A stretch of 64,000 nucleotides of DNA. Origin: Ylistrum balloti (lineage: Eukaryota). The translations under genes were made by a program, and so were the position numbers. The stretch covers positions 1,612,001 to 1,676,000 of the forward strand of contig NW_026781961.1 of the NCBI RefSeq assembly GCF_031769215.1. Reading direction: 5' to 3'. A model generated the notes under the pieces. It saw only the letters and a program-made list of their open reading frames with translations. It was not told the origin of the DNA and did no database searches. How positions within the stretch are numbered: position 1 is the stretch's first letter; each line of letters begins with the position of its first letter. Shown piece by piece: positions 23,691 to 37,149 of the stretch.

Positions 23691-25772
23691 CTGTAATTAC
23701 AAAGTTTAACACTTTTTCATATATATGCTTTGTTAATTTATAAACATCAATCCAACAAATACAGTAAATTTATTATACAATGAAAAAGCCAGCAAATTAG
23801 TTTGAGCTGTTATTTTAAGAAAATGGAAAATATGCTTAGTAGAGCAGAACCAATTCATTTATAAGTCCTCGATGGTAATTGTCTCCATACAATTGCTTTG
23901 TTGGAAAAAATGAAAACAAATAATGTACCAACGCGAAAAAGTAGATTAGTCAAAAAAGATATACAAGCAGTTCATTTAACTTAATCAATAAATAGGATAA
24001 ATAAATTAAATAATTCTCCATAATTGTTTCATATTAACAGAAAATGCTAACGCACAAATCGGAAAGTGTAAGTTTTATTCCTGTTTGCATAAACGCGAGT
24101 TTGTGGAAATAACCTGTGCTATGTGAAAGGGGGGCGGGTCATCAGGTTAACACTGGTCTGAAAAGTGTGGTTATCGTTTGTACGAATTTATACTGTAAGT
24201 CTATTTCATTTTTATCAGTATATTCGATACATAGGAACACACGTAGTTATTAAAGTTACAAATACAAAGAAAAAAACACACAAGCAAACGTATATATCAA
24301 CTCTACATGCAATTTGTAAATAATTCTGTATTGCAGCACAGCGATGATGTTTACGTTGGCCAATATGAGCCATGTCAAAATACATCTAAACAACTTGTAT
24401 TTATCACAGGTTTCTGTACATGGTGTTGTCTGCAACTACAAATGCGATTGGATTCTGTAATAATTCTTTTTGTCAAAGTCTGCGTTGCCCATATTTTCCA
24501 TCTCGGAGCATTACAAATCACATCAGGAAAATAACAACATGGCAATATGATCATTATTCAAACTAAAATTCTATAAACTGTGGCAAAATATTAAGAAAAG
24601 TAAGATTCACACGGACACTCCTAAAAGAGTACAATCAGAAAATCAAAATCACTACGTTTATCATACAGCTTGGAGGAAAGCTGTCAAAATTGGTTTCGTT
24701 GTAGGAAATGGTCGAGATAAGCTGCTGATGTAGAACAATCTGTCGTGTCTTTGATTTCCAACTCTGGTAGGTATGTACGATGGACGTGGTCGTGGTCAAT
24801 GAATGATGTTATATAAAGACGTCAATATATTCAAGAGTGAAATTAAATAACTTTGCAAAGACTTTGCGGCCTGTTTTGATAAGCTCTTCAATAAATACAG
24901 CCTCCTATGAAATAAAAAAAAACCAAGTCAGCCAACAGAGGGGGGCAGTTAGTTCCCATAGCTAAGTCAATAGTCTGTTGGAAGATCCTCCTACCAAACT
25001 AGAAGAATATGTTGTCATCTGGAAACTAGATCATTTTCATGATTTCGTCCTCCGTATATTTCTTCTTTGATTCGGAAGGTTTTTTTTTACGAAATGCGCT
25101 TCAATTTAGTTCAAAGCAATATATTCATAGCATTGTTCACCTTTCCTGGAGAAGGAAGTCTCATAACAAAAGAATGAACGCGCTCCTGTACAGGATGGTA
25201 AAATCAAATGGTGTTATTGAAGAAAAGTTTACTTTTGAAGACGTTGATGAAATTTGGTCAACAGCTGTTTGGAGTTCTTCAAAATTCTCATATTTTTAAT
25301 TCCACCTCTTGAGTAAAAAGTATCACAACAAGACTTACCCAGACTTGATAATACTTAGAATGGTGGTTAGTAGTTTTGACAAAGGCTAAGTTGAACAGCT
25401 GGATGAGCCAGCAACTGAACATTGTTTATAAGGATTCTTGTGAAGTTTGGGAACCAATATAAATAGAGGTAGTCCGTATACTTATCATTAACAGGCAATC
25501 TAAATTATTATAAATGACAAATAATAATTTGACCTGCACAGTGCAGTTGTTTCGTTCTTCTAGGACTCCTCAGAAATGTCTGTTTGAGGTTTTTGGTCTT
25601 GAATGTCCTCGTAAAATCCAGCGTATTGTGAACACGGATGTCAAGATGATAACAACAGTGACAATGTATATATATTTCTACATACCGAAATTAGAAAATA
25701 AAAAAATCAACATATTGGTGTATTTAACTCTTATACAAGAAAAACTTACCAATATTAAGGTTTAATACTTAC

Positions 25773-25815
25773 CTGCTGTAATATACACTAAAGCCAACAG
25801 TAATCCTAAACCCAT
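25773..25815 (-). CDS. Gene A exon 1: signal peptide MGLGLLLALVYITA
   Basis: ATG at 25815, hydrophobic run, G|gtaagt phase-1 donor; acceptor ttgttacag just upstream of 25827. Total gene A CDS 1464 nt = 487 aa without the optional micro-exon. Confidence 0.75.
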
Positions 25816-27049
25816 GTCTATTGGGTACTGTAACAAGCTAAAATATCTCCGGAGACACTAACTCGGAAATTTTCAACTGATTATCAAACTGTGTATGGTA
25901 TACTGTTGTTTCAATGTATTGATCATTCACTACCAATTTAGATGACAAAATCAATTGTAGAAAAGTATGCAAATTAGTTAATTCATTATTCATTAAAGAC
26001 AATGTAAAATGTATTGTCATACTTGAAGGGATTATAATTTCCCATGGTATATCAGAGTAACCGAGCTGTTACAGTAATACTATTAGAAGGAATAATGCCG
26101 TACTGGGCTTAATTCACTGATTGGATTTAGTTTAATGCAAACAGGGAATTTACGCTTATTACGCGAAGGTCGTTATATCGTGAAAATATGTACCGGGTGA
26201 ATACACGTATTTGTAGGAGGGAGCGAAACGTTCCTGTTAGCGGCCTTGTAATAGTGTGCTACCTAAGCCTACTTCATAGTGCTGTCAAACTGAATAATAC
26301 TGCCGAACTTATACACAGACATGCAAAGGATTTGTGATAAAAAATGTACTAATGTAGATATTCATTTCATTTACTCTTGATGAATAAATTTACAGGAAAA
26401 TTAATGATGTCATAACTGATGTCAAATCACAAAAGATCCTACAAACTTTCAACAAGCAGGGCATCTGAAGTATAATAAAACGACAACTGATATGAAAAAG
26501 ACCAGAAAAGGCATCTGAATTAAAATTGATATACTAGATAGTGAGCAAATCAAACAAAAAGATATACCGGAAACTGAAAGGAAATGAGTAAAAAAAGCAA
26601 ATGATATGAAATAGAACATGCATGCATTTATGTAGTTCATGTGCTTGTAAAGACAAGTATGAATTTAATTAAATGTGTTTTTATCTACATTTTAATGTAT
26701 GCATGCTGATTCGTGACGAATGCTTATCATAACTAATTGGTACTTCACTAGAGACCAATCACATTTGAACCAAGTACTGACAGGCACGGGGAAATTGATT
26801 AACAAGCAAAATTGTAATAATGTATATAGTCTGTATCCGTACATATTGCACTAGAAAGTATTGCGTCAATATTAACAAATATATCCACTTTATTAATACA
26901 AATAGGATCAACGACTGCAAAAACTACAATCTAATTCTATCAGATTTCATCTCTTTATTTCTGATGTTACCGACACAATGGTGTTCAAATGACACTGACA
27001 TGTACAGTATCAGTGGAAAACTTTATTTCATTAATCATTTTATACCACT

Positions 27050-28700
27050 ATACATTGACATCACAAACAGACATCGTTTGCACGTCGCAACTATTGGTGC
27101 CGCCATGCCTAATGTGTTTTCCAAAACCACGAGGAGCCCAAATAGTCGATAAGATGAACCAAATAATCGCTAAACTAGGCGATAAGCATCAATTAACTAA
27201 AAATTATCAACTATCACAAATTATCCAAATTTCAAAATGAACAATAATCTAAACACCAGTTAATCTCTATATTTTAACAGAACAAGTACAGAATGAACTT
27301 TATGAGTCTCCACCTCCACCGTACCACCTGCAGGACCAACAAAACCTACTAACTATACTCCCCAGCGCCAACCCGTGTACCAACACTCAACAACCCTACC
27401 ACACCAAGCCAGGAACGTCATTCTCCAACCCCTAACCTACCAGCCCAGTTGCCAATGTATATCAAAATCTGTCATATGCGACATATTTGATAGACTGTCC
27501 GAACTTGATTCACTGGACATGCAACTGGCAGGCTTTCTGCAATTGAATCTATGGTGGAAGTAAACAATTCTTGAACATGAAAGAGACATGGTTATAAACT
27601 ACATGAGGGTTAACTCGAGTAACAAACCAGGTCAATGAAGGACAATTTGATTTTTGGGGGTGTTGCCGAAACTGAGACGGCGAAAGATTCCGAACAAGTA
27701 GTCAAAGGCTTTATTTAGTCAGAGCTTGATATAGAAAATGGTATTGATTTCCATGTTGTACATCGGCCCAGGAAACATTCCAGCTTAGCTCTCTGGGAAA
27801 CGTCAGCTCAGTGTTAACGAACAGTTCCTGCCTCATTTTAATGAATGGCGTCGTGTCCAGTATCCTGCTTTCAAAGACATCATGGTGATATGGAAATGCG
27901 TTCCAAGGGGAATGCGACGGCTCAAGGTAACTAGAGTCATGCTTGGGGACCACAGTCTCGATGGAACAAGGACAACGCCACAGGAGGTCTACTCTTAAGT
28001 GGTGCTGATATTAATTTTGACTTAAACTTTTCATTTCTTAATGTTTGTGGTTTAAAGCTTAAGCTGTTATTTCCCGAATTTCATGATCATATTCAATCAT
28101 GTGATATTTTTGTGTGTGCTGAAGCAAAACACACGATGTTGATATTCTAAATGTACCTGATGGATATCTTTATCAGGTTAAAAATAGAAAAAATGTGTTT
28201 TAGAAAATCTTATGGAATTATAACAATCTATAAAACAGAACTAAAGTCAATTTTAACTTTTCATCAAACTTAATCTGAATATTTGCAGTGGTTAACTGTA
28301 TCAAAAACTGACTTTAAAATTGATAATGTGGTTATTTATATTCCTCTAGAGAATTCGAAATATTCCTCGCTTTAGACTTTTGCTGAAATTGAAAGTGAGA
28401 TGATAACCCATTAAAAAAATGTTTCAGAAGTTGCCCTTTTGGTCGATTTTAACGCAAACATCCAGAAGTACCCAGATTACATTTAGCCTGATGGTACTCT
28501 ATCCGAGATATTAAATGTTGATTCAGGTGACGAGTATCATTACCGTTACCAATGTTAGAACAAACTGTTAAAAGAAATACGTCATAAATACATTTCCATA
28601 TATTATCATAAACTTCCTGGTATAATGACGATTCACGGACAAATATTGCGGAAATGTCAAAAAGGAGGTACAGAAAACAAAGCAATAGATAGGATCTACG
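27050..28700 (+). mobile_element. Heavily decayed LINE: ORF1 remnant plus start of an APE endonuclease (ORF2), 3' truncated
   Basis: Fragmentary translations RSMKDNLIF.GV.E, VVKGFI.SELDIENGIDFHVVHR and RRVQYPAFK are ORF1-like. LNVCGLK.KLLFPEFHDHIQSCDIFVCAE, EYLQWLTVSK, VVIYIP.ENSKYS and VALLVDFNA are APE-like. Many stops and frameshifts. Confidence 0.75.
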
Positions 28701-28711
28701 TTATAAATATT

Positions 28712-28863
28712 TAAGGATTGAATCTTGCTTATGCCGATTTCATGGGATGATGAATTGAGTTGGTCTTGAGACAAATTTAATGAAGCAGTTCATGTTGAAT
28801 TTGTCTCAGGACCAACTCAATTCATCATCCCATGAAATCGACATAAGCAAGATTCCATCCTTA
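28712..28863. repeat. 152-bp fold-back: 69-bp inverted arms (65/69 complementary) with a 14-nt loop
   Basis: Left arm 28712-28780, right arm 28795-28863; four differences, two of which are G-U wobbles on the + strand. Begins and ends with TA. Confidence 0.95.
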
Positions 28864-29999
28864 TATTTCAATTCACGCTTCTGTTTTCTATAGAATGGGA
28901 ACTGAGGCAATTTATCTTCTACTTTCATTTTCATTTCTTGTCATCATATCGTTTGACGCCATACAAGCAAATAGTCCGTCATTTGAAGACAGATTATTAT
29001 GACAGGTTGAAATATATTTCAGCGTGGTTACTTAATAATCAATTAAACTTAAATAAGAACAAAATTTTAAATATTTTTCAACAACTTAAATGAAAATTTA
29101 AATAATACTGTGCAACATATACAGTATGCATTTTCCCCCGTGGAAGAACAACGTCTAGACGTGGTGCAACGGTTCGCAAACGAAGCGTTGTCGGCCATTT
29201 TTTTTCAGGCACCGAAGCGGAGAACAAGAAATATCAGGCTTCAAATTTTATACTTGTGGTATATTGGCAATCTAGTAGAAGTTGGGGAGTTTCTCTTCTT
29301 ACCTAATATTTGTATTCGTACGCACTGGCAATGTAAGTCTGGTCAAATTCATCGGTAAATGAAACAGATCTCATTTAGCAGTTTGATTGTCTGATTTGGG
29401 TAGAAATTGAAATATATAAGGCATCGCCCGATTTCCTGGGGACAAAATATGTTTTTTTTTTAGTTTTGCAAATCGCAGTGAAATATCGTTTAGAAAGGCA
29501 AGCAGGGTCTTTGCTGTTTCGTATGTTATTTCTATGAATTAATATGTATTTCCCGGATAAAAGTTAGATACATTTCTTCCTGCTCAATGATTTTCAATGA
29601 GAGGAAGTGTAGTCGAGAGAGTTGCAAATGAATCAGCTCTGTCCAGCCGGACTATTCCTGGCGGTGATAGACTGTCATTAGTATAGCACACTATGGCGGC
29701 GACATTGCATTTCCAAATTGAAGCAGAGAGAGGAAAAACACGAACGAATGACTTAAAACTAGCAAACCATAAGGTCTGAAAAGTCCAATAGTGTTTTTCT
29801 TTGAAGTTTTCATAGTAAGCTGCCGGCATGATGGATGGGTTTCTACGCTTTTATGAACACGTCCGTTATGTTTCTAAACTGACCAGAATCAATGAAAATA
29901 TACAAATATCAATAATAGCATAATGAATATGAATTTTGACATAAAATTATATTATAGCGACAGAAAATTTCTGTCTATAGGATGACCTGCAGTCTTCAG

Positions 30000-30400
30000 A
30001 GAATTACAGAAACAAAATTTTAACATACCCAGTCCTAAATTTAGAAATCTACCATATCAAGGATTTACAGAAACAAAGTTTTGACATACCATGTCCTAAA
30101 TTTAAAGTTCTACCATACCAGCGAATTACAGACACTACGACTTCTCAAAAAGTTATACTCATACATAGTGTAAGATAATTTTATGACTCCTATGTATAAC
30201 AGAGATAAGAACCTCTCCTTAAAGTTATATCACCCCAGTGTATAACAGAGGTTAGACCTTCACAATACCAGACAAAGACTTAGAGTTCTATCACCCCAGT
30301 GTATAACAGAGATTAGAACCTCTCTTTACCAGACAAAGACTTAGAGTTCTTTTACCCCCATGTATAATAGAGATTAGGACTTCACATTCCAAGACCAATA
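30000..30400. repeat. Imperfect ~60-bp tandem repeats (two related blocks)
   Basis: tttacagaaacaaa.tttt.acatacc..gtcctaaattta x2, then tgtataacagag.ttag...accagacaaagacttagagttct x2-3. Confidence 0.75.
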
Positions 30401-31271
30401 ATAAAAGATCTACCAAGATCGTATATTTCAGACAATTGGACTTCATATGACCTTGATTTGTACATGCCCTTGAACATGTGCTATATATTATTCATATACA
30501 CATATGTCCCATTCACATTAAAATCCAATCGTTTGTAATTATATTCCATTAGTAATAGATTTTTAACAGGCATTGCATGATAGCAACAAATAAGATTGCA
30601 TGACAGTATTGATACATTAAGTTGTCACATGAATAAATGATACTTCATAATACAAGAGAAGCCATGTAGATTGTTCATTTAACAGACATAACATTAAATA
30701 TTAAATGTCTCACTTGTTCCAAACAACTAACGTCACCTAAAAACTATGATCATGTATTATGGAGTCACTAACACACTTTGATAGTACCATTCCAATCGCA
30801 TATCATTACCTTGAAAAGGTACTATTAGCATTACGCTAAATACACCTTGCTGACAAGGAGACAAATATCAAAGACAGCCACCAAGAGTTGAACACAGAAA
30901 GGTTTGCTTATTTGATGGGATAATGGGGCATATGCCAGATGTTTTCGTAGTGCAATGTCACTGAAATATTAAACTGCCGAATTATTTATTTGCGTAGAAA
31001 ATTTATTTTCGTGAATTCGTGGTTAATATTCGTCCACGAATTTATGTGTCATTTAAATGACAAGAAGAAAGTTATATGGAGTATAAATTGAATTGTATGT
31101 ATTTCTTTAATAAGATCTATTTATGAAACCAATATTGCATGTTTGCACATTTATATTTGCATATAATATGCAAATTTTTGTAAATCAAAGAAATTTGAGC
31201 CAAACCAACCATATGGTTTCACTGTTTATCCAGCCACAGTGTTGTGAAACCTCGCACTGGTAAAGGGCTAA

Positions 31272-32994
31272 AACCCCTTTCACACGTTCACATATGAGAC
31301 GCCGGATCACCACGGATCGTCAATCCAGGGCAGTCCGTGGCAATCGTCATTACCGTGTACGGACCGTGAATGCATCCGGCGACATCCGGGACCATCCGGG
31401 TAAGTCAATCTGATCCGACGAAAAAAATTAAACATGCTCAATTTTTTCACCGGACCTACACGGATGAAAATCGTCCGTGTAGGCTCCGTGTATAACCGTG
31501 TTGCAACCGAGTGATCCGTGTAGGCACCAAAGTGTCCGTGTAACGTCCGGGGTCATCCGTGTACGTTTATGTTCTACGGAAGACTACGGATGTCTACGGA
31601 TTATACGCGGTTTGTACCCGGAAGCTACACGGTTTCTATAGGAATGTACACGGTTTACCTACGGTTATTATGAGCAGGGGAGCAATGCACGTCTTTGAAA
31701 ACCGTTATTCTCTCTTCACTCTTTCAACCACAGTGACATGTTTCTGTTAGGCATGGGTTTAATCATACATCATCCCCAACAACGAAATACGACATGGGTC
31801 GGTCATTGCTTGGTAGGGGTCCTGGTTCTGGTAGTCCAATGGTTCAATTTTCAAGAGCATCTTTCACTACTGTCTCACTAAAGACTCCAGCATCCGAACC
31901 TGCACCACTAGCTCCAATAGAGGAATTTATAATCAGCATCGACTAATGCCATGATGACGATGAAATGAAACCCTTTATAATTATAATAGAGTCAGGCAAC
32001 ATTTTATGGCATTTAAGTTCAATATGCTTGCCGTCAACGGCCCCTGCACAATGAGGGAAGTTCATTTTTTTTTTTTTTTTTTGTGAAATCCTTCTGGCGC
32101 TCCCTACCAATCTTCCGCAGCCGCAAACCAGAACTTCAGCCGAATTTTCCTCTATCATTGCTCCACAAACCTCAATGATGAGAATGGAGATGATATTATG
32201 GGCAACCCTAAAACCATATAACAGAGTCTGTAACTGTTACCTGTAGCTAAATAACGCAGAGTTAAAGCAAGCGTTAACCCAGGTGCTAGTGCCTTTCTCC
32301 AAAATGTATCTTGTTTTTTTATTTCTTGGCCCAACTCTAGCAAGCTTTTCTTGAAATGTGTCTTGGTCAATCCTTAGGAAATTCCTGTACCCGCTGACAT
32401 CTTCCGAGGTCAATTCAGCCATTATTTTTTCATATTGGCCGTAGAGCGGCCGTCTATGAAGCCAGGGCTTGATCCACATACGCCTCCCTGCTTGCTTCTT
32501 ATGCTGTTTCATCTTTTGCTGCAAATGAACAGCATTTGCAGCCAGTAAATTCAACTGCACTTCAAACAAGAGCAAATATCCAAATCAATATTTATAATTT
32601 TTCTCGCATTCCTGAAGAATGAAATTGATATTACACCGTATGACCTTTCTATATATTATTGCAAAAAGGGATGAACAATCTTGATGACCCGTGGCGTACG
32701 TGTATACATCGGGTATCTCCGTAAGACAATCTTGTAAAGACCGGCATCAGCCGCGATATTCCGTGCACACTATGATCACTCCGGCACCGTCCGGGAACTC
32801 TCCGGAGACGTCCGGATAGCTATCGTGATTATCCGTAGAGTGTCCGGCGTTATCCTTTTAAGCGCCATGTTCAAACCGTGTTGACACCGACATCAATATG
32901 CAACAGGACATTAAAACGCCGGATGGTCCCGGATGATAAAAGAATTTAATCCGTGATGATCCGGCGTCTCATCTATGAATGTCTGAAAGGGGCT
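31272..32994 (-). mobile_element. PIF/Harbinger DNA transposon, internally deleted, frameshifted transposase
   Basis: TIRs aacccctttcacacgttcacatatgagacgccggatca / tgatccggcgtctcatctatgaatgtctgaaaggggct, with TAA TSD at 31269-71 and 32995-97. Minus-strand pieces RMWIKPWL..R...GQY..IMAEL, LALTLRYLATGNSY and NFPHCAGAVDGKHI are HARBI1-like DDE motifs. Many ccgtg/cacgg subterminal repeats. Confidence 0.93.
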
Positions 32995-33728
32995 TAAAGC
33001 TAAGTAACAGCTGTTATGCATGAAGTAACTTTTTTTTCTTACTTTTGTAGTCTTCCCTACTGTCAGAATTATAAAACATTGAAGACGTATAGAGGGACAT
33101 TAGAAAGATCACAACTCTTCCTCGACAGTGAGGCTACAATCAAGGTGTCACTATGGATGCATCGGAAAGAAAATTAAAAAATGAAAATATATGATCAGAA
33201 AGTAAGTCAACTCTTGCCATCATGGCGACAGCAAGTACAAATACACACTATTACCAGATTTTGCACTTATTTTCCAAAATGCCCACGGATCCGATACTAG
33301 TCGAAAGGGAGTTTTGGGAATTGAAACAGTTCGGAATCGATCAGAATAGCTAGGTCTGTTTTGTTGATTTTAATTTATCATACAAAAGGAAATTCTGTGA
33401 CTAAAACATAACCGTATAAAGCTGCTAAATCACTTACTTGTCTCTATTACATCTAATGTTATATTTGTATTAAAAAATACTATTTATTAATTATTTTGTG
33501 CAATTTCGAAGACTGCAGTTGATAAACGATTAGTACCCAAACTTTGCTGTAAGTTGTATTCCATATTTTAATCCATTTGAATAGTGACACGGTTAGAAAT
33601 AAACATATGTTCTTGTCGTTTCTTTAAAATTAAAAATACATGATCTATTTAATTACGGACTAGTGCACGGTCTCAACAATTTTGCTTTTCCTCAGCTGCC
33701 TCCTAACTTTATAAATTTAGACCCTTTT

Positions 33729-33770
33729 CGTCACTGATGAGTCCTTGCTGGTTGAAACAGGTGTATGATA
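33729..33770 (+). ncRNA. Degenerate minimal type I hammerhead ribozyme motif (family HH-2)
   Basis: cgtca-CTGATGA-gtcc-ttgct-ggtt-GAAA-c-aggt-gTA-tgata. The catalytic boxes are intact, stem I is partly paired, and stem II is weakened (ggac to ggtt). Confidence 0.6.
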
Positions 33771-34099
33771 CATTTTTTTTGTTCAGATATAGGTATTTCA
33801 TTATACAGGAGCGCGTGGATCATTCTTCAAACGGTTTCAACTCAGGACGAGGAGCGATTAGGTCAAAAGAGGAGAGATCTTATAAATTAAATACAGAAAA
33901 TATTCATGAATATCCAGGTGAGCGATCGGGAGACTTTACGACCTCTTGTTGTTTTCATACACCATACGTATGTTCAAGCATCAGTACACGGTATGTTTAT
34001 CACACTCATATTCATTAATATTTGATTGTTCAAACCAGAACAAAAATTGTTGGTCGTATATCTAAATTTACACTGTTTGTATTACAGCCACCCACAGAG

Positions 34100-34172
34100 A
34101 TGTACCGCTATTTCTATATTCACCAAACGCTCCTTATGACAGTGCTTTTTGCAATAGGTCATGCCCAAAATG
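34100..34172 (+). CDS. Gene B exon 1: signal peptide MYRYFYIHQTLLMTVLFAIGHAQN
   Basis: Acceptor attacag at 34087, ATG at 34100, G|gtaagt phase-1 donor; hydrophobic core with G-H-A cleavage-like site. Confidence 0.78.
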
Positions 34173-37149
34173 GTAAGTACATTATTTTATTCGTGTTATA
34201 ATGCAAGTACATGTTAGATATATCATTTACGTTCAGCAACATTTGATAACGAAAGCATTCATTTTCGGACTCTTACATTGAACGAAATTAGATAGTAAAA
34301 CCCTGAAACCTTGAACTTAGTTAAACCTTAAACATATTTGTTTTGATTAATAACCCGGCAACCGAAATGGTATATGTTACAGAACTATTCCATGTGTAAA
34401 TTCTAACGTAATACAATAGTTACAATATTACAAAACGATTAGCAATTCTCCTTAAATCAATTAATACTTAGTTTGCACTTCTTCGTCTTGATTTCGACAT
34501 TTTGGCCATCTAGACCTTTATTAATTAGTTGTTTGTTTGTACATTTGTGTTAACAGGTGTCATTATACATTTGTGTGTATTTTGTAAATCTTTCAATGGC
34601 TTATATATCAACTTGGTATTTTTAGAAGACATGCCTAATTTTACTGTACCAAAGTATCATAATAAGTAACAGCGGTTACTTAATCATCATTGAGGCGAAT
34701 GTTACTGAAAGTACTTCTGTTGTCACATGTTAGTTATTTGCAGGAGACATGGGGTATCATTTGTAAATTGGTAAGAGTTTCAAATTGTTTTGTAAAAAAT
34801 ATGTTCTATGCTCATCAATTTCTGCTTGTGATCAACGCATGTTGAGAATATCTAAGAATCTTATATCCATGTGATGGGCTTGAAAACAATTTCAAATCAC
34901 ACATTTGAAACAAAAAAAAAAAACGTAAAAAAAAGAGTAGAAAAAATCTATTCCCCGGATTATTATGCCTCGCAATAACATTGTCTTACAGTAATGTTCA
35001 TTCTTTCATTTTGCTTGGTGTTGATTTTCTCTGAAACTGTTTGATATAATGAAGTGTAACATGTCGTGTAGATAAAGTTCACACTTGTCTGATCCATCGA
35101 ACTAAAATAATGGTATTGAAGAGTTCATTACAGTGGAGAAAATATCGATAAAAGCCGACAACACTTTCTTATGACAGTCGTCGTCGGTGGGGCAGAGGAC
35201 GCTTACTATGCTGGCGCGCCTGGTCTTGTTTTCCTTGTGCGTTTTCATGGGTTTCCATGTGGGTCTTGTTTTGTTCATGTTTTGCCCTGATTTTTTACTT
35301 TGATTATGCTGACATGTTGGTACTTTTTATAACAGCTTATTACAGCTATAAGAAAAGGCATGTTATGTCTTGAAAATTGAATATTTGTTTTTCCCTGGAT
35401 CTATAGTAAGCTACAGTTGTATGTATATGGTAAAAATGTAGTAAAAACGTCGATTTGTTACAACGTGAGACCATGAGCGATATCAAACAGATATATAAAT
35501 GTGATAGATAGGTTTGTAACCATACACGAACACAAGTTATGCTACTTGGAAGACTGCTATATAGCACAATGTTTTACCAGATATTCTATTGCTTCCAATG
35601 TAGGCAGTCTCAAGTCAAATTCGACATCCGTGTCCGACACATCGTTGGTGAGAATTGTTTGTTCATATTGTCTGTGAACTATAGCGTGGATAGACCTTTT
35701 CAAAAGTATTTAATGTCATCGATGTCGAGATCCAAAGTGACGTTTTTGTTTACACGAACGCGATGGAAACTGTAAAATGGTTTACTAAGTTTGTGTCTTA
35801 ATCGAATATCTACTCTCATCAAGTCAAAACTGGAGCCATCATTTTGCGCTTGAAAAAGTTCATTAAATATCTATCATGGTTTATTTTGGTTTATTTATGG
35901 CAAGTAAAAATTTGAAGGAAGAAACTTTGTTGTGTTAAAGCAGCTGAGTGCGTTGGCTGTTTTGTAGTGTGGACGTACGAATTCTGCCTGTTGTCACAAT
36001 GCTTAACGAAGCGAATAAAACATACTGACACGTGGATTAAGCAGAAACCAAAGTCAAATTAAATAAATCTGGTGCAAATTAATTTATCTACAACATTTCC
36101 TCTGACTTCCTAATTTTTTCTAGTGATAACTTTTGTCGCGTTTAGAGGCCATAAAATCGGAGAGAGAAAAAAATACGTTTTTTTTTATCTTAGAACGGGA
36201 ACAAACCAAAGCCTATCAGTGCTAAATGATTTCTGCTTGACATTAGCTTCTTTTAAGTATTGTAAAATAAATGAAGCGTGTCTCTAATATTTCATTAATC
36301 TAAAGAAAAAACACCCTTTCGTAAATGTACGATCTCTTTTACGTTAATATGGAAAAATGGGTGATTGAATAATGGCACATGATCAAATCATGAAAATTTA
36401 AATAATAAAAAATCAGACCTAACAGTACTTCAGTTTTACACAAACATCGTCGCCTAGCAACTTGCGTCAAAACAAGTAATTCTGTATCTCCTTTATATCT
36501 ACTGGACAAAGTATTCCGTCTCAGCCATGAAGATCGCCGCGCACCGTCTTATCAAAGGCAAATATCGTCGATAGCCATGGACATCGCATGATGCCAAGGA
36601 TGTTCAAATTTGAAGACGAAGTCGACAACCGCCCATATATACGTTTCAAATATGTTTCTAATGTGTATTACTCGGAAAGCTGAGGGATTGTCTCTTACGA
36701 ACGAGTCTTGGTACCATCTCTGCAGGTTTTATATTATTGTCGTCGTAATGACCGATTCCTGCATGTATTCCTTATTGAAAATAACATAGGTTAGGTTTCG
36801 ACAATGGGATTAGTAGGTCAGCAAATAATTTATCATTTTGTGGAATCCCTTTAATTATCAACAAATCAGACCTTCCAACAGGATTATACTGGATCAAACG
36901 CAACTGGAATTGTCGTGTTTGTTCTAGTCACGATTGAATATTCAATAATACTGAAACACATTTCTACACCTGGACTGATTGAGGGATTTTCATTATGTTT
37001 TAAAGGATAAACTTGAATTCCATACTAACAATCAATATTCACATTAATATTCGCGGGTTTTCTTTGGGGAAAAAGAATCAATAACAACACGATCTTTATG
37101 GGACATTTTTTATTGTTTCTCTCGTTACTGTACTGTTACTGTCAATGTA

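Noticed and set aside
29110-29829. CpG-richer region with 82- and 81-aa ORFs
   Set aside because: No recognisable motifs or consistent splice structure; could be promoter or TE DNA, but cannot be supported.
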